From Squalus acanthias (lineage: Eukaryota), in contig CM059432.1 in the NCBI GenBank assembly GCA_030390025.1, positions 105,278,001 to 105,342,000 of the forward strand: DNA of 64,000 nt. The letters are read 5' to 3'. Both the position numbers and the translations under genes were made by a program. The notes beneath the pieces are model-generated. The model was not told where the DNA came from. It saw only the letters and a list, made by a program, of their open reading frames with translations, and did not search any database. Within the stretch, counting starts at the first letter, position 1. Each line of letters starts with the position of its first letter. Below are positions 38,320 through 50,847 of this stretch, piece after piece.

Positions 38320-39490
38320 ATCAACTTTGCACCCCTTCCTTGCCTTCACATGGTCCATCTCCGACTCTGCCATCTCCATCATTTCTGGAGAAAGGTGGTC
38401 AACCAGTATCTGCTATAAGCTCACTGACTCCCACAGCTACTTTGATTACACTGCTTCCCACCCCACTTTTGGTATAGGAATCCATTCCATTCTCAGTTTT
38501 TCCATCTTATCTGTTCTGACAATGCCACCTTCCATACCAGTGCTTTCGATACATCTTCCTTTTCCTCAACCGAGGATTCTCCTCCAGTGTGGTTGACCGG
38601 ACCCTAGACTATCAGTCCCATTTCCTGCATTTCTGCCCTCACCCCTTTCCCCCCCCCCCACCCAAACTGAGAACCACAATACGGTTCCCTGGTCTTCACC
38701 TTCCACCCCACCAGATTATCCTCTGCCATTTCTGCCACCTCCAGCGTGATGCCACCAAACACATCTTTCAGCATTCCGAAGGGACCGTTCCCTCCGGGAC
38801 ACCCGATCCACTCTTCAATCACCCCCAACACCCGCTGCCCTTTCACCTTCTCCCTTTCCACCATTCAGGGCCACAAACACTCCTCCCAGGTGAAACAGCG
38901 ATTTACTTGTACTTACAATTTAGTATACTGTAGTCGCTGCTCATGATGCGGTCTCCTCTACATTGGGGAGACCAAATGCAAATTGGGTGATCGCTTTGCT
39001 TAATACCTCCGTTCAGTCCACAAACATGACCGAGCTTCCTGTTACTTGCCATTTTAATTCTCTGCCCCACTATGACTTCGGTCCTTGGCCTCCTACACTG
39101 TTCCAATGAAACTCAAGGAACAGCACCTCATCTCCGATTAGGCACTTACCACCTTCTGGACTCAGCGTTCATAACCATTGCGCCCAATTTTTTGGACAGC
39201 AGGTGCTGGTAATGATTTTGCTGTTGCCATTAACACCTCCTCTAGACCCATCTGGTGTCTTTATTTGTCCCATTACCTTCCCCTTTTGCCTTGCACCATG
39301 ATTCCTTTTGTCATTTAAGCACTCCTGGCTTCCATCCCATCACACACCTGCCCTTCCCCCATGCCTCTCTACTTGCTTAAAACTGTCTCATCAGAACTGG
39401 AAAATGTTAGAGATGGAAGGTCACCGACCTCAAACATTAGCATTTTTTTTTTTATTTCAGATTTCCAGCATCTGCAGTATATTGCTTTTG
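38320..39490 (+). mobile_element. Degenerate Penelope-like element (family B)
   Basis: YKLTDSHSYFDY and QVKQRFTCTYNLVYC; homologous to 25053-26190 on the reverse strand. Confidence 0.85.
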
Positions 39491-40340
39491 CAGCCACGGA
39501 TTTAAAAATCCATCCGTCTTAATGATTGCAGGCATTGGGATCTTTGTGACTCAATATAGCAGGCTCTCTTACTAGAGTTCCCACAGGCAGACAGCTATTG
39601 CTTTCCAAGACATGCATGAATGAAAGCTTAGAAAGAGTCTGTAACTTTGGCCAGTTAAGTCATCTGAAGTGGGATTCTCTTTATTGTAGCTTTGTTCACT
39701 TATAGGGCTGCGAATAACCTGCCTAAGCTAGTTGCATTGGTAAGGGCTACCTGCATATGTAGAAATTCAAGACAGCAAAGTGTTAATAGCACAAGTTTAA
39801 ACATTAAGAAAAACAATATAAAACAGTGAAAGTTAGAGTGCATGTCAGTTTAATGAATAAAGCAGATAGTTGACCTCAGGCTTGTTCAAGAGGTGACCCA
39901 AGAGCATCACCGTTGTGGGCCTTCCAGTTTCCCTTCCACCATTTCAGATAGGGCCCAAATGTGTTTCCCATTGGGAATGCCTCTATCTTTACTTTTTGGA
40001 AGAGAAGAAAGAGATCGATTAAGAAGGAGGATGGCAGGTGGGTCAGGCAGCACCAGAGATGTACAGCACCCATCCTTAACAGAATATACAGGTAGAATCA
40101 TACAGCACAGAAGGAGGCCATCCATGCCTGTGCTGGCTCTTGAACGAGCTATCCAATTAGTCCCACTCCCCAGCTCTTTCCCCATACCCCTGCAAATTTT
40201 TCCTTTGCATTTGTCAGAGTGAGAGTATGTATGGAACCTGTACTTTGCAAAGTGGTCACTGAGTTATGCCACATGCTGCAGCCGTTGCAGTGCTGTTAGG
40301 GTCACAACTACAGGGATTATTCCAGGATGCTACCAGGGTC

Positions 40341-40838
40341 TAGGTTTGCCAACTCTGGGACGCATTCCAGGAGGTTTTCGCTGATAAGATGCCTGGTCCA
40401 GGGCTGGGCCAGGCTTCGGGCAGCAGACTGGCGTGCAATAATAGAGCTCCTCTCGGTGTGAACCACTAGCCGAAACTGGAGCATGCATGCCGCATTCTCT
40501 GCCTAGTTGAGTCCTAAAATGGCAATCGAGGTCCTATGTAAATCATAGGACCTCTATATGCATTAAAAAAAAATTATACTGCTCAACTCAGGAGGGTGCT
40601 TTAGCTGCTGATTAAGACAAGCTCTTGGGAAGATAGCGATGGCAAGAATGGGGTGGCAAGTCATACTCCCATCATTTTCGGGGTGCTACCACCTGGTTTC
40701 TGCCAGGCAGGAGGCCTCAAAAACTCCTCTTGCCGATTTATTAGGTGTGTTAATCTCCTAGGTTGTCCGCAGCAGTGTCCGGGAGATTAATCGAATTTCT
40801 AGAAACTGCAGGATAATCTGGGAGGGTTGGCAACTCTA
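40341..40838. mobile_element. hAT-type (Blackjack-like TIR) MITE
   Basis: TIRs TAGGTTTGCCAAC / GTTGGCAACTCTA; 8-bp flanks CCAGGGTC / CCAGGAAC. Confidence 0.7.
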
Positions 40839-41649
40839 CCAGGAACATCAGTGATGCACACATGCACGTTATGATGCATAGTCAGCAATTTCATCTACTG
40901 TCTCATGGACAAATTGGCAGGACACTGCAATTTTAGGAAAGTAGCAGGATTCCAGGAGATCCTAGGAATCATTCATTGCATTAATGGGTCCGTGTGCTCT
41001 CTTGCGCAATGCCTATACCTACTTCAACAGGAAAAGATTCCACACACTCAAATGTGTATCTTGTTTGTGACTGGCAGAATTACATCATGCAAGTGAATGC
41101 TCAGTTCCCTCAAAGCCGCCACGATGCCTTAAATATTAAGGCATCCACTGTGCCACCATTCCTTGACAGAAAAAAACCAGTAACCCAGGACATGAGCAGA
41201 GTGCCAATATAATTAGGTCCATTATCATTATTAGCATGTTGAAGCCACATTCCTGGTGCCTGAATCAATCTGGGGATGTCCTGCAAATACAGTACAACCT
41301 CAAATATACGTGTGGAGTATTGCAGAATTTTGCCTAATATATTTAGGTCTCATCATGGAGTCCCTGGAGGACAAAAGCAAGGACAACCCATTACCGGCTA
41401 CAAGAGATGCTCATCCCACTCATTAGGATCATCTAATCTTGCTTTCCACATCTAGCCAATGCATACACAGTCCGGTCTACATTGCTCACCTTCCCGCCAC
41501 CAATATACTATCTACAGACCTTTCAGTGCATCATTCAATCTCCAATGCATCTGATGAAAGCAACTTGCAAACCTTTACAAGAACAATATTCTCACACACA
41601 ACTTTAGTGCAGCCACAATTTTAATTAGAAATCCTAGTGAGTGTGTGCC

Positions 41650-42400
41650 TTGTGCTTCCTATTGGTGCCAGTGTATGAAGGCGATGCTCTCAAGCCTTGC
41701 CTGTACTTCTAGTTGCTACCTCAGTGGCAGGAGTACACAAGATGGATGACCATTATATAGCACTAGGAGCCTCCTGGGCTTGAGATGGCCCTCACATCAA
41801 GGCAGGCAAGGGGGGGGGGGGGGGGGGCAGGGGCAGGGGCGGGGTGAAGGGGAAGGAGAGTTTGTGAGCCATTCATCACAGTCTCTGTTCCATGTTGATG
41901 TCACTGGTCCAGCCAGTTAAGCTTCTGTTAAATAGTGACCATTGGGTTGTTGATAGTGGGGCTGAAACAAATGTGCTGCCATTGAAGGTCAAGGAAGATA
42001 GTTGGGACTTCTCATTGGAGATGGTCATTGCCTGGCACTAATAAACCATAAATGCCAAAAAAAGCCATAAATGTTTATTAGCACTGGTTAGCCCAAGCCC
42101 AGATCCTTCTGTAGGCTTGCATGGGCTGTTCCATTATAGGAGGACTTGTGAATGAAGCGGAACACTACAATTAGCAAATGACCCATTTCTGACCTTACGA
42201 CAGACTTTATGATCATTGATGAAGCAGATTGTGTGGGCCAAGGACAGTGCCCCGAGGAACTGCGGTAGCAATATTCTGGGGCTACAAAGATTGGTGTCAG
42301 ACCACCTCCTTCTGTGTGTCAAATGATTCCAGCCACAACAGGGCTTTTCCTAGGGCTCTTGGTGCCCTACTTGTCGAGTGTAGCTACAGTCACCTCTCTT
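41650..42400 (-). mobile_element. Highly degenerate LINE family A fragment
   Basis: Reverse-complement similarity to 5600-6300 (ATGGTCATTGCCTGGCAC, TCATTGATGAAGCAG, CTAGGGCTCTTGGTGCC). Confidence 0.6.
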
Positions 42401-42914
42401 CTGTATTCCAATGGCCTGTGCATCCTGCTAGTGGACTCCTCCAACTGAACTACCATTTGTCTTTAACATGTGACACACTGTAAACATATTTTTTGAGTGC
42501 AAGATGCAGGTCCTCAGGAGCTTCAGCTGAGGGACTATGCAAACTGACCCACTGGCCAGCAAAGTCTTCATGTGCCACTAGAAACTGGTTTTACTCATTC
42601 ATGCTCGAAGCTGGTGCTTAGGAGGGAGAGAGTGTGTGTTAGTATGTGCTGTAAAGTGCTGGCAGGGCCAGAATTATTGGGGATTGCATGTTCTTCTGCA
42701 GGTACATCCAAGGAGGTGGAAAGTAAGGAGGAGAGGTTACAATGGTTTCCTGATTAGCACAGTTCACATGTAACTTAGAGAGCACAATATGAGGGTTTGG
42801 TGATAGCTAATGCAGTAGTACAACAAGATGAGGAAGAAATGCAGAGACTGCAGCTAGCACTTTTCTCGCCTTTGACACCCTGGATAGTCGCCCAAGGTGT
42901 GATTAGCTTCAATG

Positions 42915-43052
42915 ACAGCTTGCATTTATATAGCACCTATAACAGTGTAAAATGTCCCAAGCCATTTCACAAGAGCGTTAACAAAATTTGACACCGAGCC
43001 ACATAAGGAGATATTAGGACGGACGGAACGAACGAACGAACGAACGAACGAA

Positions 43053-43097
<45 letters not shown>

Positions 43098-43865
43098 GAA
43101 TTCCAGAGCTTAGGGCCTAGGCAGCTGAAAACACAACTGGCAAATGGTGGAGCGATGAAAAATCAGGGATATGCAAGAGGCCAGAATTGGGAGGAGTGCA
43201 GAGACCTCAAAAGGTTGTAGGACTGGAGGAAATTACAGAGATAGGAGGGATATGAAAACAAGGATGAGAATTTTTAAATTGAGGCATTGCCAGAACAGGC
43301 GCCAATGTAGGTCTGCAAGCACCACGGGTGATGGGACTTGGTGCCAGTTAGGATACAGGCAGCAGAGCTTTGGCTGAGCTCAAATTTACAGAGGGGGCCA
43401 GGAGAGTTGAGTCTAGAGGTAACAAAGACATGGATGAGGGTTTTAGCAGATGAGCTGAGGCAGGGGTGGAGATGAAAGTAGGCGGTCTTGATGGAGAGGA
43501 TATGGAGTTGGAAGCTCAGCTCAGGGTCAAATAGGGAGTCACGGTTGCAAACAGTCTGGTTCAGCCTCAGACAGTGGCAGAGAGGGGGATGGAGCTGGTG
43601 GCTAGGGAATGGAGTTTGTGAAGATAATGGCTTCGGTCTTCCCAATATTTAGTTGGAGGAAATTTCTGCTCAGCCAGTACTGGATATCGGATAAGCAGCG
43701 CGACAAATATCAGAGGCAGTGGAGTGGTCGAGAGAGGGAGTGGGGAGGTAGAGTTGGGTGTCGTCAGCATACACGGAGAACCAGACATTCGGTTTTCAGA
43801 TGATATCGCTGAGGGGCAGTATGTAGATCAGAATATAGGAGGGTGCCAAGGATAGATCCTTATAT
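42915..43865 (-). mobile_element. L2-clade LINE 3' fragment
   Basis: Minus strand YADDTQLYLS-type RT motif near 43770, plus LIHVFVTSRL and AACILTGTK; 3' end GTGCTATATAAAT. Confidence 0.75.
43017..43095. repeat. Compound microsatellite (GGAC)(GAAC)n(GAAA)n
   Basis: Seen directly. Confidence 0.95.
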
Positions 43866-45176
43866 ATGCAAAGGGCCCTATGCCCATTTCAGGTGTGGGC
43901 CCTGGACACCCATTTTATTCCTTTACTAATATGGTGGGCAGCATACTTCCATATGGAAATGTGCGCATGCTTCCTGTCCACCATATTGGGGGCTTAGTAG
44001 GCTTGTTAGTGCCTGAAAAAAAGGAGCAGCCTAATTTATAGCCCATTAAGTACAATTTCATGAGAGTTGTCAATCATTGCATCTTGTTGGGAATAGAACA
44101 GGAGCCACTGAAAAGTTGCATCGAGGCCTTGAAAACCTTGTACTGTTGCCAAACAGATCAATCAATTCATGGGTCTCACAGTGGAAAAGGCATGTTGCAA
44201 GCCATCATTGTTATTATACCAAGAAAAATCTGCTTGCATCTCAATACTTCAGTAAGCCACACGCCTGGACTTCAAAATGCAACAAATCAATATTCTAGGC
44301 ATAGGAAGACTTGTTTTATCATAAAATATTCACTGCTTCTTTCCTTGCTATACAAAAAATTACTCCTATTCAGTACAACTTACAAGGATAAAGAAAAGTT
44401 ACATATGCTACAATCAATACGAATGCAATAATAGTTTACTGTGCAGACAACAACCCATGGCCAACTTTACTCTAAATTCAAGGTGAAGTGATATTTTGTA
44501 TTTCTGCTACCAAATGTACAATAGTCACATTTTTATTCCCCAAAAGCCATTAATGAAGAGATTCTAGCGGCCTCTAACCAGCAGCTTATTGAAGTCATCT
44601 GAACTCTTATGATTGCAAATAGCAGAGACTGGCAGAGCCAAGGCTTAGTGTGTGCAGGGGTAGTACTGGAGTTTAGCCAGTCAATCAAAATAACGACTTG
44701 GTCAGCTGGGGTACTACGCATTGGGTTGCCTAGCTGTTTGAGCAGAGTGGGAAGAATCTGATCGATTCTCCCAGATTCCATTAGTAAGCCAGCCTGGCTG
44801 ATCAACAATGCTCTCGACTACTGCAGACCAGTCTCCAAACTGACTCAGGTATTGGATTATCAGGTCTGCCCACCTCCCTGCAGGAGAACACATTTATTCA
44901 GAGTCCAATTAAATTTTGGCCAAGACTGTACCAATTGACTACATGACCTCTTTTACACTGTCGGATAAGCTTGCAGCAATCTAAGTCTACCAATTCTTTA
45001 ATTGAATACCTCTTTTAAAAAAGGCAAGAGGATGAAAGGGGGCAAGAAGAGAGGAACAGAATAGACAAACATACACCTGGAAAGGATGCCTGTTAATGTA
45101 GAAGAATCCAGGATGTAAAAATCAAAAGACCAAAGCTGAGCAATTTATAACAAATCATCTGAGCCAGGAATATATT

Positions 45177-45918
45177 GGCCCAAAAATTAGTGTTGCTACG
45201 CGAGAGTACGCACTGTGTACTCTTGCGTATTCTGTCTCCAATTGCTGGTTTCCAGCATGCACTGCGCATGCGCTGAAAACCGGCACTTGGTAATTTCAAA
45301 AAGGGGGCAGTTCCTAGGTGAACCGCGTGCGCGCTACAGGCTGCGCGCACGCAGTGCACTTAGTGCTTTGAACGCGCAGGTGAGTATGGAAGATTTTGCA
45401 CATAAAGGAGGCGTAAGACCCTCTTTTAACAAGGTAAGTAGTTAATTAAGTATTATTTTGAATTTTTTTCAACAGGTATATCTTTTTTAGAGACTTTAAA
45501 GAAAGGTAAGTTTATTTTTATAACTTTTTAAAAGATTTTAAATTTTTTCAAAAATTTAATTTTTTGTTTAAAATGGTTAATTTATTTAACTATACTTATT
45601 TTATTAATGTGATGGTTTTTTTTAAAATTTAATTGAAGTTTAGCTGTTCTTTTGGGGGGGGTATAGATTCATAGCTTTCACAGCACTTGTTGTGAAAGCT
45701 ATGAATGAAAGATGGTGTGCTGCCATTGGCTCTAACTGAGTCACGTGATCCCACAGCTCGCACGAATTAACTGCGCCTGTGGGATACGGAAGCCCTGCAC
45801 AGCTGCTGTCCAGAACATCAAGTTCGTGCGAGCTGGGAATGAAAAAGCCAGCGCGCAGTGAGATCTCGCGGGGGAAGCCTTACCCTCGCACGAAGGCTCC
45901 CTCACTAATTTTTGGGCC
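45177..45918. mobile_element. Harbinger-type MITE, family M1
   Basis: Perfect 16-bp TIR GGCCCAAAAATTAGTG, TSD ATT/ATT. Confidence 0.9.
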
Positions 45919-45927
45919 ATTATAAAT

Positions 45928-47717
45928 CTTTAGTCGGCAGTCCCTCGGAACCGAGGATGACTTGCTTCCACATTAAAAATGAGTTCGCAGGTGACTGATG
46001 AGTCCAATGCGGGACCTACAGTCTCTGTCACAGGTGGAGCAGACGGTGGTTGAAGGGGCGGGTGGGGTGCTTGGGTTGACGTGCGCTCCTTGCGCGGCCT
46101 GCGCTTGGCTTCCGCTTGCTCCCGGCGAAGAGACTTGGTGTTCGGCACCTTCCCGGATGCTTCTCCTCCACTTTGTGTGGTCTTGGGCCAGGGATTCCCA
46201 GGTGTCGGTGGGGATGTTACACTTTTTCCAAGGAGGCTTTTTCCAAGGAGGCTTTGAGGGTGTCCTTGAAGAGTTTCCTCTGCCCACCTGGGGCTCTCTT
46301 GCTGTGCCGGAGCTCCGAGTAGAGCACTTGTTTTGGGAGTCTCGTATCGGGCATGCGGACAATGTGACCCGTCCATCAGAGCTGATCGAGCGTGGTCAAA
46401 GCTTCGATGCTGGGGATGTTGGCCTGAGCAAGAACATTGACGTTGGTGCGCCTATCCTGCCAATGGATTTGCAGGATCTTGCGGAGGTAGCATTGGTAGT
46501 ATCTCTCCAGTGCTTTGAGGTGCCTGCTGTACATGGTCCATGTCTCGGAGGCATACAGCAGGGCGGGTATCACTGCTTCTCTGTAGACCATGAGCTTAGT
46601 GCCGGGTTTGAGGTCCTGGTCTTCAAACACTCTTCCTCAGGTGACCGAAGGCTGCACTGGCACACTGAAGGCTGTGTTGGACTTAGTCGTCGACGTCTGC
46701 CCTTGTTGACAGTAGGCTCCCGAGGTATGGAAAGTGGTTCACGTTGTCCAGGGCCTTGACGTGGATTTTGATAATTGGGGGGGGGGGGGGGGGGGGGGGG
46801 GGCGCAGTACTGTGTGGTGGGGCAGGTTGGTGGAGGAACTTTGTCTTACGGATGTTTAGTGCAAGGCCTATGCTCTCGTACGCTTCGGTGAAGGTGTTGA
46901 CGATGGTTTGCAGTTCGACCTCCGAGTGAGCGCAGACGCAAGCGTCGTCTGCATACTGTGATTCGACAACTGAAGAACAAGGCATCAGGAGCAGATGGAA
47001 TCCCTGCCGAGGCACTAAAGCATGGCGGAGAAGCACTACTGGCACGAATTCATGAACTCATTTCTCTTATATGGAAGGAGGAGAGCATGCCAGGGGATCT
47101 CAGACGCTGTAATTGTGACCATCTTCAAGAAAGGTGACAAGTCCGATTGCGGTAATTAGAGGAGTTTCCCTGCTGTCTGCCACTGGGAAAGTCATCGCAA
47201 GAATCCTCCTCAAATCGCCTTCTCCCAGTGGCCGAAGAGCTCCTCCCAGAGTCGCAATGCGGATTTCGCCCACTAAGGGGCACAATGGACATGATCTCAC
47301 TGCACGTCAATTACAAGAGAAATGCAGGGAACAGCACCAACTGCTGTACATGGCCTTCTTTGACCTCACAAAGGCCTTCGACACTGTCAACCGTGAGGGA
47401 TTATGGAGTGTCCTCCGCAAATTTGGCTGCCCTCAAAAGTTTGTCACCATCCTCCGCCAGCTTCATGACGACATGCAAGCCGTGATCCTGACCAATGGTT
47501 CCACAACAGACCCAATTCACGTACGAACCGGGGTCAAGCAAGACTGTCATCGCACCAACGCTCTTCTCGATCTGCCTTGCTGCAATGCTCCATCTCACCC
47601 TCAGTAAGCGCCCCGCTGGAGTGGAGCCAATTTACAGAACAAACAGGAAAGTGTTCAACCTCCGTCGCCTCCAGTCCAGATCCAAGGTCGTCCCATGCTC
47701 TGTCGTCGAATTACAGT
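45928..47717 (-). mobile_element. RTE-clade LINE with inverted 5' segment
   Basis: 3' half on minus (QYADD, PYLGS, LLYASETWT, C2H2 end); upstream RT part on plus from about 46964 (GADGIPAE, LPESQCGFR, FFDLTKAFDTV). TSD ATTATAAAT at 45919-45927 and 47718-47726. Confidence 0.9.
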
Positions 47718-48299
47718 ATTATAAATTACACCTATGCAGTATATATTAAGAGATGTTAAGCAGATAAAAAAAAGTGACCTACAAGTTACATTTAGAAATC
47801 AATGCAGGAAAATATCCACTGAAGGGTTAAACTTACAACAATTACCTTAGTGGTTAGAATGTAAATCTACATTTGTTTATTTTGACAACTGAAATTCAAC
47901 ACAAACAAGTTTAGAACAGAGTATAGCAACAGAACAAGGCAACTTAGGTTAAGGTGAACATGAAGGGTCAAATTAAATTCCAAAAAACCTTCAGGGTGGG
48001 CAGTAGCGAATAGTCAGAAGGATGCAGTGAAGCAGGTGTTCAGCTTTCATTTGGTACATTCCATCTATCCTTTGTGGCATTTGACTTTGTCTTTCTCAAT
48101 TTTTATCTTCCTTCCATCAGATATTGATGGTCACAAAGCCAATGTTAAAAAAAACTCCATTTATTAATACATGAAAAGTCAAACAAATAAAATGACGATG
48201 TACTGGTGTGAATCTGAAATCTAAGCTGCATACAGCATGTATATGGTTGAGGTATTAAATGGATACTTCACATCCATTTTCACAAGAAGATGCCAAGTT

Positions 48300-50847
48300 T
48301 CTTGAGCAGTATGTAACTGAACCGACCAGGGGGCAAGCAACCTTAGATCTGGTCCTGTGTAACGAGACAGGATTAATTAAAAATGTCCTAGCAAAGGATC
48401 CCCTTGGAATGAGTGACCATAACATGGTTGAATTCCATATTCAATTAGAGGGTGAGAAGGTTGGATCTCAAACAAGCGTGCTAAGCTTGAATAAAGGAGA
48501 CTATGAAGGTATGCGAGCGGAATTGAGTAGAGTGGATTGGGAAAATAGATTAAAGGGTAAGACGACACATGATCAGTGGTGTACATTCAAGGAGTTATTT
48601 TACAACTTCCAAAAAAAATATATTCCACTGAAAAGAAAAGGGTGTAAAAGAAAGGACAGTCATCCGTGGCTAAGTAAAGAAATTAAGGATAGTATTCGAC
48701 TAAAAACACAAGGGCATATAAGGTAGCGAAATCTAGTGGGAGGACAGAGGATTGGGAAAACTTTAAAAGGCAGCAAAAAATAACAAAAAGATTGATTAAG
48801 AAAGGGAAGATAGATTATGAAAGTAAATTAGCAAAAAATATAAAAACAGATAGTAAGAGTTTTTATAGTTATATAAAAAGAAAAAGGGTGGCTAAAGTAA
48901 ATGTTGGTCCCTTAGAGGATGAGACCGGGAAATTAATGGTGGGAAATATGGAGATGGCAAAAACACTGAATGAATATTTTGTATCAGTCTTTACAGTAGA
49001 GGACACTAAGAATATCCCAACACTGGACAAACAGGGGGCTATAGGGGGAGAGGAGCTAAACACGATCAAAATCACTAAGGAAGTGGTACTCGGTAAAATA
49101 ATGGGACTCAAGGCGGATAAATCACCTGGACCTGATGGCTTACATCCTAGAGTCTTGAAGGAAGTGGCGGTAGGGATTGTAGATGCATTGGTAATAATTT
49201 TTCAAAACTCCCTGGATTCCGCTAAGGTCCCGGCAGACTGGAAAACTGCTAATGTAACACCCTTATTTAAAAAGGGCAGTAGACAGAAGGCTGGTAACTA
49301 TAGACCGGTTAGCCTAACATCTGTGGTAGGTAAAATTTTGGAGTCCATTATTAAGGAAACAGTAACAGGACATTTGGATAATCATAATTTAATAGGACAA
49401 AGTCAGCATGGTTTTACGAAGGGGAAGTCATGTTTGACAAATTTGCTGGAGTTCTTTGAGGAAGTAACATATAGAGTGGATAAAGGGGAACCAGTGGATG
49501 TAGTGTATTTAGACTTCCAAAAGGCATTTGACAAGGTGCCACACAAAAGATTATTGCTTAAGGTAAAAAATCACAGGATTGGGGGTAATATTCTGGCATG
49601 GATAGAGGATTGGCTATCTAACAGAAAGCAAAGAGTTGGGATAAATGGTTCATTCTCAGACTGGCAATCAGTAACTAGTGGTGTTCCACAGGGGTCAGTG
49701 CTGGGTCCCCAACTCTTCACAATCTATATTAACGATTTGGAGGAAGGGACCAAGTGTAACATATCAAAATTTGCAGATGATACAAAGATGGGAGGGAAAG
49801 TAGTGTGAGGAGGACATAAAAAACCTGCAAGGGGACATAGACAGGCTAAGTAAGTGGGCAGAGATTTGGCAGATGGAATACAACACTGGAAAGTGTGAGG
49901 TGATGCACTTTGGCAGGAAAAATCCTAGAGCAATTTATTATCTTAATGGCAAGAAACTGGAGAGTACTGAAGTGCAAAGGGATCTGGGGGTCCTGGTGCA
50001 CGAAACTCAAAAGGTTAGTATGCAGGTGCAGCAAGTGATTAAGAAGGCAAATGGAATGTTGGCTTTCATTGCTAGGGGGATAGAATATAAAAATAGGGAA
50101 GTATTGCTTCAGTTGTACAAGGTATTGGTGAGACCGCACCTGGAATACTGCATACAGTTTTGGTGTCCTTACTTAAGGAAAGACATCCTTGCTCTCGAGG
50201 CAGTGCAAAAAAGGTTCACTCGGTTAATCCCGGGGATGAGGGGGTGGTCATATGAGGAGAGGTTGGGTAGATTGGGACTCTACTCATTGGAGTTCAGAAG
50301 AATGAGAGGCGATCTTATTGAAACATATAAGATTGTGAAGGGGTTGGATCGGGTGGATGCGGGGAGGATGTTCCCGATGACGGGTGAGACGAGAACTAGG
50401 GGACATAGTCTTAGAATAAGGGGCTGCTCTTTCAAAACTGAGATGAGGAGGAACTACTTCACTCAGAGGGTGGTAGGTCCATGGAATATGCTGCCACAAA
50501 AAGCTGTAGAAGCTACAACATTAATTAAATTTAAAACAGAAATAGACAGTTTCCTAGAAGTAAAGGGCATTAAGGGTTACGGGGAGCGGGCAGGAATTTG
50601 GACATGAGTCTAGGTTCGGATCGGTCATGGCCCTGTGGGTAGTGGAGCGGGCCCAGGGACTGTGTAGCCTGATTCTGCTCCTATTTCGTGTGTGCAATTC
50701 TGTTAGATGCAGGAGATGGTTCTGTGATAGATAGTAGATTGGCGGTTAGGATCAGATCAGCCATGATCTTATTGAATGGCGGAGCAGGCTCGAGGGGCCG
50801 ATTGGCCTACTCCTGCTCCTATTTCTTATGTTCTTATGTTCTTATGT
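48300..50847 (+). mobile_element. Young 5'-truncated CR1/HER1 LINE; ORF2 broken by two frameshifts
   Basis: ORFs 48259-48726 (SDH end of the endonuclease), 48792-49808 ([20 protein letters not shown]) and 49873-50607; (TTCTTATG)3 tail; possible TSD AAGTT. Confidence 0.95.

Noticed and set aside
43017..43095. Analogue of the human SAMD12 TTTTA/TTTCA expansion
   Set aside because: It is a short tetranucleotide microsatellite inside an L2 relic, with a different motif and a different intron.
45998..46759. 253-aa plus-strand ORF and other long antisense ORFs over LINE/Penelope sequence
   Set aside because: These are shadow frames of GC-rich retroelement coding sequence on the opposite strand.
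46777..46802. Long G/C homopolymers (also about 13611, 41810, 51748) as functional G4 elements
   Set aside because: They are simple slippage expansions, mostly within or beside TE relics, and their lengths may be affected by sequencing error.
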